Source: Botryllus schlosseri (lineage: Eukaryota). Taken from it: a DNA stretch of 64,000 nt. The stretch lies in contig CM119380.1 of assembly GCA_051294905.1 (NCBI GenBank), positions 21,886,001 to 21,950,000 of the forward strand, given 5' to 3'. Below, in pieces: positions 14,601-25,623 of the stretch (within the stretch, counting starts at the first letter, position 1; the number at the start of each line of letters is the position of its first letter). The position numbers and the translations under genes were made by a program. Below the pieces are notes generated by a model that saw only the letters and a program-made list of their open reading frames with translations, was not told where the DNA came from and ran no database searches.

Positions 14601-17600
14601 CGCCTTTTCGAACAACCAGTTCGATTTGTGTCAAACAAATTGAAATTATACGATCTATACAGTCTACATCTAAAATCGAAATCAATAATTATTTATTAAT
14701 TATTTAATTTTGACTGTAATTAAGAAAACGATAGAAATAATTCAATATGAGCGATCAAAATTTACCAAAATACTATTTTAAATCTTCGTAATTGGAATTT
14801 TGTCAGTTAAATTCAAATCAGTCGGTATATATAGTTTATATAGTCTGTATCTACAAAAAAAGCCTATCCTTCATACCGTGAAAACTGGAAAATTTTTGTG
14901 CAGGAGATTTTTGTTTAACCAGTCTTAACTTTTGGTATTTTTGCAATCAGGACACAAAAGTTCATCGTTTGTGACTACAGGACACACAAAATTTTGAATT
15001 TTTTTTCTAGTCATAACCCTAGTGTACAGGGTTAGGGTTAGTTTCGGGGTTATAAAGTCAGTAACGCATGCTTAAGTGTTGGTTGCTCAACTGTCGTTTT
15101 CCATTATGTCGCACGTTCAAATGCCGGGCAACCTTTGGAAATGTCACTGGTTGGGAATAATTGTCATTGTTGCTGATATAGCTGTGATTTTGTTAGATTA
15201 TTAATTCTCAGCCCAGTGTCAAGTCTATACTTGCAAAAAGTACCTCACACCTTGCCCCGTTGCGAGCATCATAGTTTAATGGCATTTTTTGCAATGCCGG
15301 TTTTTGAGCAGGTGTGAGAATTATATATCATAATTGACCTGTAGGAGCAATTGAAATTTGTGTAGTTAATTGTCGTTAATTTTTCAAGTAGGCTACTTGG
15401 GATACTTAGATATTCCGTGATTCTGATGCACATCAAATGTGCTGTCTCTCCCCCAACTGCAGTCGAATCAAATCATTTGCAATACGAGTCACACAGTTTT
15501 CAATGTAATGACAAGTTATCTTGTCTTCCAATCACGAGTTGGTTCGAGTGTCCAACTCACGCGTCACATAGACACAACACACAACTACTATGGGTATGTG
15601 AGACGGACTTGAGTCAAGTCATGTTTTAGTTATCCCGCTATCATGTTATGTAGCCAGATAATGTATTATTAGCAAATATCTATTCACCGTCACTAACCTT
15701 ATCCAATTAGTGAACTAGATAGAGACACTGATATTTTTATAACCCATGTCCTGGCCACGCAGGTGACTTGCCTCCGACATTGTCTCCGACCTCACCAACC
15801 ATATCTCCTGCCGTCGCCGCGTCTAGTTCGAACACTGCGTTTATACCACCGCCGAGTGCTTCGAGACAGAACGCACCAACATGTACCACTGTACCACCCA
15901 GTAATATTACTTTTCGACTTCACAAGGAAAAACGCAATTGGAATGACAGACTTGGAGGTAAGACTGCGGCATTGATCCAAGTAGGATTCACTCGCTCACT
16001 ATCAGAAGCTGGTTGGTTATATTTTTTCTGTTGAGTAGAACAGGCCGTCGGTAACTATGTACTTTTAGTTTTTCGAGGTACTCGAGTAGGATTTGCCAAC
16101 TTGCTCAATTGGTGATGTTTGTAAACTACCGTAATTTTCCAAATTTAGTGCACCCCCATGTATAATACGTAGCCTTAAAATGACGTGTATATTCTGGGAA
16201 AAAGCCTGTACCCATGTATAGTACGCACCCTGCATTCGCAGTACATGAGTACATGAATAGTTGCGGTTTAGTATTCGATGTTGTTCTGTTTTGCGATGTC
16301 ACTGTCGAACAATCATGACATAATGATCGCTAATCATAGTAGCCTACAATTAACGGCATTGTCTCTAAACGAGAGTAGATAGTAGCCAAAGCCTGTGAGG
16401 TCGGCGACGCGATAGCTCAGGCTAGCGACACACGACATCTTGCGCACGAGGCCTAATACAATTACAGATGCAATTGCTCAGGCCAACGGTTATGTCGGGC
16501 GCACCAGTCCTGTTGGAGATGCGACTGATTACGCAAACGATTATATCTTGCGCACATGGCCTCTAGTGTATGCGATTGTTAAGGCCTGTCGTTGACGCGA
16601 TGAATCAACAAGGATTGCCGCGCACGCTTGTAGCAATCAGCGACCTGATTTCGCTCGCGTACAAACTGTAAACCAACTCAGCAAGAGATCGCGTGCTTTG
16701 CAGACGACTCTCGTTAATTAGAAACACGCTTTTCGTTAATTGGCTTCTCTATTTGGCAGCGCATCACACTCTATAATACGAATTACGGGGCCCAATGGCT
16801 AGAGGTGATGCGCGATTTAAACAAACATGAAGAAAGGTGTGAATCCAAGTTTTTGATCGAGGGATTTTTTTTCAAGGCTTGCTGTACCCATGTATAATAT
16901 GCACTCCCCTATTTTAGGGCAAAAAAATCGGTAAAATTTTGCGCATTATACATGGAAAATTACGGTACTTGCATTTCTACTCGACAGTTTTTTAAACAAA
17001 ACTACATTGACAATTTACTTCTTTGTGTAGGTACTGGAAAACGATTTATGAATGCAGTAAGGCCATCTGTCGGCAGCTACGTAAGCAAAGTAATCGTCAC
17101 ACTGTTTGAGTGATCGGCCACTATTTTTAGTCATAACAAACCTCATACTTGACAATGTCCCGATTCTGTCTTCTAAGATTGAGCGTTCTGAAAATCATAG
17201 CGGGGTTTTGCGTTGCAGATTTATCGATAAACGGCGGCGGATATTCAAACTCGCATTCCGCCGGCAGTAACGCGAAGTCCGACGCAGAGCCAATGTTGAG
17301 GATGAACATGACGTCGGCAGTGCAAAGGAGTTTGCAAACCAGAGAAAGGGCGTTAGCCGTAGCTACCAAGTAAGCCGTTTTATCTGTGCGTATAATTGAG
17401 TTTTCTTGATCGGGGGCATGTTTGCCGACAGGTCGAGGATATCGAGTCGGTACAGCAACAAAAATGGCAGCGCCTCGTCGGAACCTAACTACTCCGTAAG
17501 TAACTTTGTAAAATTTGGAACGATTTCTTAGACACAAGCACCCACATTTTATAGTTTGTACAATGTAGGACGAGTTTTACCTGCTAAGTGACTTCGTTTT

Positions 17601-20600
17601 TCGACTACTTCCACTTCTAGTTGAACAGTTCTTTAGGCAAAACTATTAAAATTGTACTCTTTGGACATGAAATAGGCTTTTCGAAGTACATAACTTCAAT
17701 ATTGCAGCAAACAATACGTTCATATTGCCAAATTTATTGCCCTGGAACCTTTTCGACTGGCTCTCGTCAGCAGTGAACGCCAGTAAATGAGGTTATCCAA
17801 GTTCGAAATCTAGAAAGAATTTTGTCTTTGGATTTTATACAGTAAAAAATAATTTTGGGGTATGTTTGCATCTCTATTATGAGTGAAGTCGTCACAACAA
17901 CCGAGCGAAATGCATTACTCCTACTCAGTGACGTGCGGTGAGGTTCATGGCTGGTGAGGCACGGACCCCCCCCCCCCCCACACACACACACACTCACACA
18001 AACAAACACGCAGGTGAAGTAACTGATTAAGAGACCCAAAATGTGAATAACAACAACAGCGGGTATAGAGAGCATTTTCTTTGCACACTGATAGCGTTGC
18101 GATTCCACATTCTACAATACATGTAGGGCTGCTCGCTATTGTGCTAAATGGGCTAATTTAGACGGATAATAAATACTATCTCTTCAATTACCGGTAAAAA
18201 TTATTTGAAGCACATTTTTAAGTAAAAAAAAACATGTTTGCCGAATTTCGAAAGAAAAGACACTAGGACACTACTAGGTCGAGTCAAAATACACCAGCAC
18301 TAGGAGTGGAACCCCTCCACTGACCGCAGACAACGACAACACAGGCTATGTAAGTATATAGCTATCACATACCACAATTAGGGTTATAGGCAGGCCGTGT
18401 TATTTTTGGCATTTCAGGAGCCAGATGCCAAAACTGCCAAAAATAAAAATTTGAAAGTGCCAAAAATAAGCAATTTTTGGCATATGCCAAAAATAACACG
18501 GCCTGCCAAATAGTGTATTTCGTTCATGGTGTTGTGTTAACAGGACCGCGTTACAAGCGAGAAGAGCGTTTGTGAAAGGCAGGTTTCTTAATGTGGGTCC
18601 AGCCCACCCATTAGGGGTGAAAGCATGGTGTCCTAAATGGTGTGGGCACAGCGAGATTGAACGGCTGACTGCATTTGGTTTACGTCATACTTTCCATTTG
18701 TCCAAAGGCAATTTTACGACCATTTTTGACCGGCTTGTCGAGCGCTAAATCTGATAAAACGGGTATCAATGAGAAGCGGCCGCAGTACTGATTATTAAAA
18801 TATAAATTATATTCTGCTCATGGAACTGGAACTCCCGAAATCAACCACGATTTTTGCATTGTGATCGAGTTGAACATTGTGACGCAACAAACTGTCTGGC
18901 TATTTCTGAGCTGCATAGTCTCGTTTTGCCAGACAGTCTTGTTGCGTCAATGTTCTTAAACAAGCTAACTTTCCCAGGACTCTTCCATCCGAGTTGGTAA
19001 TATTAAAGCCACCTGAAGTGAAAAAATGTCCTCCGAAAATATATCGGTAGACTAAAGGAGAAATGATAGTCGGGCTACTACATAGAATGTGTTGAGAGAC
19101 AACACAGGAAACTCCTGGAAAAGGATCAGGAAGAAAATTATTTCCGCGATGAGGTCGATGGCACTGGCGAAGTGATCTCTTTTCATGATGCATGGAAGCC
19201 GGTTCGGCCCTCCAAAGATTTTGAAGCTCTGAAAACCTTTTGTGGATGACTGGCAACATTCTTTCCCTCAGCGGCTACTGTTGAAGCCGATATTTCCCAG
19301 ATTCGCTGGGCAAGAAATGAATTTAGGAGAAACTTAGCTGACCTGAGTTTGGAAGCACTGCTACAGTGCAAACGACTTAAGTCTATTCAACAACTGTGAC
19401 AATCAGCTGTTGAGCGTGTTTGTTAGGCTTTTTTTTTGCTTATTGGCACCGATTCCGATGGATACTGCACATTTTGTGGTATCGTTTGATATAATTAACC
19501 AATGAAATCGTTAGGTTTTTTCTTCTCTGTTTGTTGGCACTGATTATACGTGGATGCTGCACATTTTGTGGTGTCTTTTGACAAACTAGCCCAAATAAAG
19601 CGTTTTTGTGACTAATTCGAGGCTGAAACTATCTATTTAGAGGATGATGCCAAAACTGCCAAAAATAAAAATCGAAAAATGCCAAAAATAAGTTATTTTT
19701 GGCAGTTTTGGCATATGCCAAAAATAACACGGCCTGGTTATAGGTATTGCAGTTGAACACAGCATAAAGGCCACAAACACCGATAATGCAGCCTATGAAA
19801 GTAGCTATCACGTACCACAATTTAACGTAGCTTTGGATGGAAAATACATGTACTGCTACATAAGTAAGGGAATGTATTTGCTCCGCATTACGTATTGGCC
19901 GTCGCTACTATATAATTCCTGCAAGACTGATGTTTTAAGAAATCGTTACCGCGTTTCATTGTGCTGCGATTGTCCAATTCTTAGCGAATAGTGCATGAGG
20001 CAGATTCGTTTGTGCCTCACCTGGCTATCGTTTCTCTGCGATGGCATTGTCTGTAATAAAGCCGAATGTCACCTTCCTTGGCGATTTTGGGAGGTTCTGT
20101 TGCTCTGACACTGTTAATATTTGGATTTTCGGAATCAGTGTGACGATAGCATTTGATTGATACCAGTTACTATGAATTCCGAGCTATTTATGACGAATTG
20201 CATTGTCGCAGGTGAGGCACGACGCGCCCGTGCCTCACCTAGGCCTCACCTCTCCTTTCGCGCTGTATTTTTGAATACTATTTATTGAAAATTGATCATG
20301 GGTGAAAAAATGTTCAAATTTAGTTATTTATGAGCATCTATGTAAAATGTCTATAATCATCGACTCTTCGAGGGTTTTCATAATTTTCACTTAATCACCC
20401 TGACGACAGGTGAGGCAGTGCCTCACCTGCCTCATTGGACCGCACGTCACTGCTCCTACTTCTACTTGAGTACCAAACTGACTAGATGACCACCTCCGTT
20501 GGCACCACTGAAGCACATTATTTGAATTTGATAACGGCATTGTTTTGGAACACCATGATACTACTCCATCATTCTTGTTTATACTGGCCTGCCAAGGAGT

Positions 20601-20962
20601 AAAAAGGACGCCTTTACCCCCCACCCCCATCCCAACCTAATCGTCGACTAGGATTTAGTGATAGCTCTTGTCTTGTTACTTCACTGCCTCACGATGGTCA
20701 CGTTATTGTTTAAAAGAATTAGCGCAAATTACTTGAACAACTTCCTCCTGGTTTCTCCTAGACTAGAATGCAATCGCTTTATAACTATTGTTTGCCGGCA
20801 ACACGTTCAGTATACAACCGTTACTTGCAGGATCCATGCATGGCGGCGCCACCGTCTTTTCAGCAACGCCTCATGGACTTGAGCATGCTCGAAAGTGAAA
20901 CCGTTAAATACGAGCGAAATCGGAAATTAAGGCGAAAAAAGAACCAAGACAAAGACTCTTGA
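8627..20962 (+). CDS. Unassigned multi-exon protein-coding gene, about 1270-1290 aa, largely low-complexity, with a helical/basic C-terminal motif
   Basis: 965-codon ORF ends at donor AA|GTGAGT (11520, phase 2). Phase-consistent GT-AG exons follow: 12564-12931, 15763-15957, possibly 16044-16050 plus 17031-17080, 17219-17369, 17432-17495, 20831-20962 (DPCMAAPPSFQQRLMDLSMLESETVKYERNRKLRRKKNQDKDS*). In-frame stop at 8609 precedes the ATG. No family recognised. Confidence 0.8.
13569..13989. mobile_element. hAT-type MITE
   Basis: Ends TAGAGCCCGA / TCGGGCTCCA, TSD GTATACTC / GTATATTC (7 of 8), repeated CCGATA subterminal motifs. Confidence 0.8.
16127..16967. mobile_element. TA-flanked non-autonomous DNA transposon (Tc1/mariner-like, family C)
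   Basis: Ends TACCGTAATTTTCC / GGAAAATTACGGTA with internal degenerate tandem repeats. An inverted copy lies at 31870-32818. Confidence 0.85.
17926..20452. mobile_element. Non-autonomous hAT element (outer member of a nested pair)
   Basis: TIR CAGTGACGTGCGG / CCGCACGTCACTG, perfect 8-bp TSD CTCCTACT, subterminal GTGAGGCA repeats. Confidence 0.9.
18391..19735 (+). mobile_element. Inner hAT-like element carrying a transposase C-terminal remnant
   Basis: TIR CAGGCCGTGTTATTTTTGGCA and its reverse complement, perfect TSD GTTATAGG. About 19100-19398 translates SFHDAWK..FEALKTFCG*LATFFPSAATVEADISQIRWARNEFRRNLADLSLEALLQCK. Confidence 0.85.
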
Positions 20963-22021
20963 TGTTTCTTTTCGAACGTTTTTTTATATTTGTTTGCAAT
21001 TATCTGGTGAGATTCTTCACTGTACCGCGACATGACTACTGTCCAAAATACGTTCCTTTTCAAAGCTGCATTTACCACTTCTACCGATGTTTCGTTCGTT
21101 TCGTACTGTGACTTCATTTTTGAGCTGCTTGCGTATTTCCAGAAAACCATCTGAAATATTTAAAAACGCTTTCTAATGATCCATCCGAGTTATTTCGGAT
21201 CGCGTTTCTCACTCCGCCGTGACTTGTGAGAATTCGAAGACACTGTTCGTGCGACATTCTCCACAATATACTTCTATCGTTGCCCGTTTTTAAGAGTATG
21301 CCAAATATATTTTACTGAGTGAAAAGTCGCTTGTGATGATTGCAGACTGTGGTGGGTCTATTGATTTCCGTTTCCCTTTTACGATGTTGCGTTTTGGAAA
21401 TTGTTTCTCCCCTGACTGCAATTTAATCTGGTGTCTGGATTACTGCCATCGGTTTAAAACACCACAAGATTGGGATGCAGCGAGAAGCAATGCAACTTAC
21501 TAAGAGCAATGTGCGGAAGTTGTTAATTTCTGAAATATCCATACCATCAGCGTCTGAATTCTATATGTAAAGTCTTGATAGAGTGGCACAAATCTTGCTC
21601 TTGAGATTGGCAAACTTGACTGGGTATTCTTTCCGTTCAATGAGAAAAATTGAGAATACTTGTGCTGACAAACGAATGATGGACGACTTCGAAGTGAGGC
21701 TGTGCGGAAGACCACAACACGACGTTGAAATTATCGTCGAATAGCTCGTAATTCCAGTAGTAGAACACTATATAGCTTCTGTAAATCACAGCGCTTATTT
21801 GAGAATTCTAGTGTTGCTGCGTTTTTCTTACTTTCAAAGAAACATTCGACTGCACAAACCACAGCATTTTGCTTTTGCATGGGTCCCGAGGTACTTGCTC
21901 AATTCGCTCTCGTGAGGTCAGTTGCGGTGTCTGTCTTGTTCAGTCCTTTACTTCAAGATCATCATGCACTACACAAACACAGCTGCACACCAAATTTGGT
22001 TCAATTGTGACAAGTATAACT

Positions 22022-22928
22022 ATCATCATTGGTTTATTAGCAATTTTATCAGTTCAATACACCACAAAAAATGCGATACAATGAAAAGACAGGAAGATGT
22101 CGAAGCGACAAGGAGTAGTCTATGGAATCTGACACCCATGGAGGCATGCACACTGAATGAAAGTAAAGAATACGGTATAGAAAAAGAAAGCGACAAGAAA
22201 TAGGGCGGCATGTCATGGGAAGCGAGATCGATAGGTCAGTCGTGGTCCGGTAATCTTGAGGATGGACTGTATTTATCTAGTAGTAATTGCTTGTATTTCG
22301 ACTTGAATGTGGACAGGACATGCTCGTCGACTGTCGGATAACATAACATAACATGGTTGGGTTATATTTTAATCTGAACAAGTCACACACAATGTACAAT
22401 GCGATAAGACACAATGCGATGTCATGAACAGATAGGAGGATGTAGAACGACACGCATCAGTAGCGATCCTTTACTCTAACATCCACCTCGGCCTAGAGTG
22501 CCCGATGTCACAGTTCTTTTTCGATGTTGATCTCTTTGAAGCCGCGGCCCTTTCTACTAGTTCTTTTCCATTCATTGTGAGTGCTTTCTTTCGTCGGGTC
22601 TTTTTCCGGGCTTTTTTGTCGCCGTAAGAACGGCAACGGCAGGGGAAGAGGAGCCCAGATAAACCTCCGGCGGGAATCGAACGCGATTCGCCTGCGTGCT
22701 GGGCGCTTATCGTAACCACTACACTATCTCCCCTGCCGGCGGGATACTGTTCCACACATAAGGTCGGGCATATTTGATAGAGCGATGATCTTTTCGGTCG
22801 ATCATATGATATTTGGACGACGGGGACGCGCGTGTGTTGTACTTGTGCGCTTTTGATTCCGAGGTAAAGAAGTCATTGAAATATTCGGGGCAACGACCGC
22901 AGTGGAACTGATACATAAACTTGACGAT
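22022..22928 (-). mobile_element. 3' fragment of a non-LTR retrotransposon (L2/Crack-like), interrupted by a SINE
   Basis: 22022-22339 plus 22734-22928 are the reverse complement of much of 43975-44504, including KFMYQFHCGRCPEY..HKYNTR..VWNSIP. Confidence 0.85.
22340..22733 (-). mobile_element. tRNA(Val)-like SINE, full length
   Basis: Head GGGGAGATAGTGTAGTGGTTACGATAAGCGCCCAGCACGCAGGCGAATCGCGTTCGATTCC has A and B boxes, followed by a body of about 320 nt and an (ATGTT)n-like tail. Confidence 0.85.
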
Positions 22929-23056
22929 ATAAGAGAGAGAGAGAGAGAGAGTCTTTATTTTCATCCAACCAAAATACATAACACACGGCAGTGATGGTGG
23001 TACAGAAAATATGCTTGCACAGTATTCGGTATTAGATAGGAATGATCGATAAGACA

Positions 23057-23398
23057 GGGGAGATAGTGTAGTGGTTACGATAAGCGCCCAGCACGCAGGC
23101 GTCGGAGGTTTATCTGGGCTCCTCTTCCCCTGCCGTTGCCGTTCTTACGGCGACAAAAAAGCCCGGAAAAAGACCCGACGAAAGAAAGCACTCACAATGA
23201 ATGGTAAAGAACTAGTAGAAAGAGCCTCGGCTTCAAAGAGATCAACATCGAAAAAGAACTGTGACATCGGGCACTCTAGGCCGAGGTGGATGTTAGAGTA
23301 AAGGATCGCTACTGATGCGTGTCGTTCTACATCCTATCTGTTCATGACATCGCATTGTGTCTTATCGCATTGTACATTGTGTGTGACTTGTTCAGATA
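23057..23398 (+). mobile_element. Second copy of the same SINE (B box deleted), running into the gap
   Basis: Near-identical reverse complement of 22340-22733, lacking GAATCGCGTTCGATTCCCGC. Confidence 0.85.
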
Positions 23399-23534
23399 NN
23401 NNNNNNNNNNNNNNNNNNNNNNNNNNNNNNNNNNNNNNNNNNNNNNNNNNNNNNNNNNNNNNNNNNNNNNNNNNNNNNNNNNNNNNNNNNNNNNNNNNNN
23501 NNNNNNNNNNNNNNNNNNNNNNNNNNNNNNNNNN
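23399..23534. other. Assembly gap (Ns)
   Basis: Run of 136 N. Confidence 1.
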
Positions 23535-23832
23535 ATCTAGTCTGATCACACCAGTATCAAACAGGTACACTTGACTCTAAGCAGTCTGGCTGTAAAAAAG
23601 GTTACAGTAGTTAAAAAAATAAAATAGAAGAAAAATTAAACGATGGTAGCAAATGATCAATGAAGCAATGTCTGGGCGAGGTAGGGCAACAGTGTTAGTG
23701 TAACGACAAGAGGTGATCAAGTAGGGCTTTTTTGAATCTATTATAAGGCAATTCACGGATGTGTGGTGGTAATGCATTCCAGATGATAGGTCCCGAGTAG
23801 TCGATAGATCTCTTAGTTAGGTTGCTATTGGG

Positions 23833-24207
23833 GGTGTCCTGTCAATACCGAGAAAACCATGACCGAGAATGCCATTACCGAGAATGGACACCACCGAGAA
23901 TGGACATTACCGAGAATGGACACCACCGAGAATGGACATTACCGAGAATGCAATATATGCAATGCAGGCATGTTATGCATATGAACAGGTCGTGTGCGAG
24001 CACCGCGTCGTTGCCACATTCAGTATCGATGCTCAGGTATAAATTTATCGACAACGTCAGTCCCAGTAAGCTATATTCTTGACATTGGCCATTCTCGGTA
24101 ATGTCCATTCTCGGTGGTGTCAATTCTCGGGAATGTCCATTCTCGGTAATGGCATTCTCGGTATTGTCCATTCTCGGTAATAGTTTTCTCGGTAATAGTA
24201 TAGAACC
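23833..24207. mobile_element. Foldback element with inverted 15-bp tandem arrays (Mutator-like)
   Basis: (ACCGAGAATGGACA)n on the left and (TGTCCATTCTCGGT)n on the right, GG..CC ends, 9-bp TSD GCTATTGGG. Confidence 0.85.
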
Positions 24208-24699
24208 GCTATTGGGTGGGGGTAAGTAGATATTTCCTTTAGACGAGGATCTCGTGTAGTGGGAGGATCAGCAGATCCAATTAATTTTTTTAATTTACTA
24301 GGGAAAATTAAAAAAGAAATTCAAATTTGTCTGTCAACCCCATGAAATTGTTAAGCTGTCTTCAAACACAATGCAAAACAAATTTGACTCAATTCCAACT
24401 GGTAGAAGCGGAGGTATTTGAGTTTTTCGTTGATAATTCTCGGATTATCCTTGATTGGTGTTTTTTTTTATTGTTGTTCTCTACCACCACCTTGCGACCT
24501 GTGACCTGAAACCTTTGATGTTTTCTTCGAATGTTGCAATCGCTGAGCTATGGATTGACCATGATCGGAGTAATCGGCAGTTGTGGAGGACTTGTATACT
24601 AAAAGAATTGATGTTTATGCGATAATTGATAACTACCAAAACCGTCTCACAGAAGCATCTGTGACCATAGCATCTTTAAAAACATTCCCACGGTAATGT

Positions 24700-24745
24700 A
24701 AATTAAATTTGATTGGACATTCGCTCTTCGACTTCCGGGTTCACA
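24700..24745 (+). promoter_or_regulatory. Putative CCM2 promoter
   Basis: Reverse CCAAT (GATTGG) and ETS-like ACTTCCGG just upstream of candidate ATGs at 24745/24760. Confidence 0.35.
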
Positions 24746-24787
24746 TGCTCGACACACCCATGCCCGTACCAATTTACCGGGATGGGG

Positions 24788-24812
24788 TCATCATCATCAT
24801 CATCATCATCAT
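24788..24812. repeat. (ATC)n microsatellite
   Basis: About 8 perfect TCA units. Confidence 0.95.
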
Positions 24813-25623
24813 TTGTATTATTATGAATTCGAAATACTACAATAATTCTGATGGTGTGAAGAGGAAGGATGGAGTCTACAACCTGGTGAAGTCAATCAAA
24901 CTCCACCTTGGCCTATAGTGTAAAAAATGGAACGTGTTTGGTTAGAGAGGCATATGCAGTCAATGAGAAATCATATATGCATCATCAAAAATGCGTAGGC
25001 GATATAGAGGCATGCAACAACTCTGGGTATAGGCGAAGTCGGTGTGTAAAAATCGATCCTGTAATCTCAATACGCAGGCTATAGTATTTATCCAGAAGAA
25101 ATTGCTTGTTTAGACTTGAAGGTGGTCATTACTCATTACTATAGGGAGTCCATGATGGCCTGAGCGCTGAAGGGTGTATTTATAGACCAGACCAAATGCC
25201 CATATCAAGGATACCCATTCGATAAGTGTGCGAAGATAATAATTTATTGGGCTCCGTTTTCGTTTTTGTCGTGTTTTGGCCCGTGGAACTTGATATAATA
25301 TACCTGCTAACGCTATAGGCTATAGTTCTATAAACATTAGATTGACATGCTCAAGGTTGTCGAGGAATGATGATAGCTCCTATATTAATGTGTAATGATA
25401 CATGACAGATTTACCATAGCTGGAGTTTATAGAAATGTTTTGGCTTCAATATTTTGATATTCATGGAGATCTTTGTTTTGGAAGTATCAGGGAAGAGAAA
25501 TGGTGATTCTTGTCCATTCTGAAATGGATAATGATAATCACAGGGGCAGCAAGAGGGTAAGTTGAAAAGTCCTAATTGTGTAACTTCTAAATGTTCCAAT
25601 ATTATTTCCTCGTATCGTATCAG

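Noticed and set aside
22660-22733. Functional tRNA gene
   Set aside because: The acceptor stem cannot be closed, and it continues into a duplicated 320-nt body, so it is a SINE head.
23850-24195. Regular short repeats as a CRISPR array
   Set aside because: No unique spacers, mirrored orientation and a flanking TSD in eukaryotic context indicate a foldback transposon.
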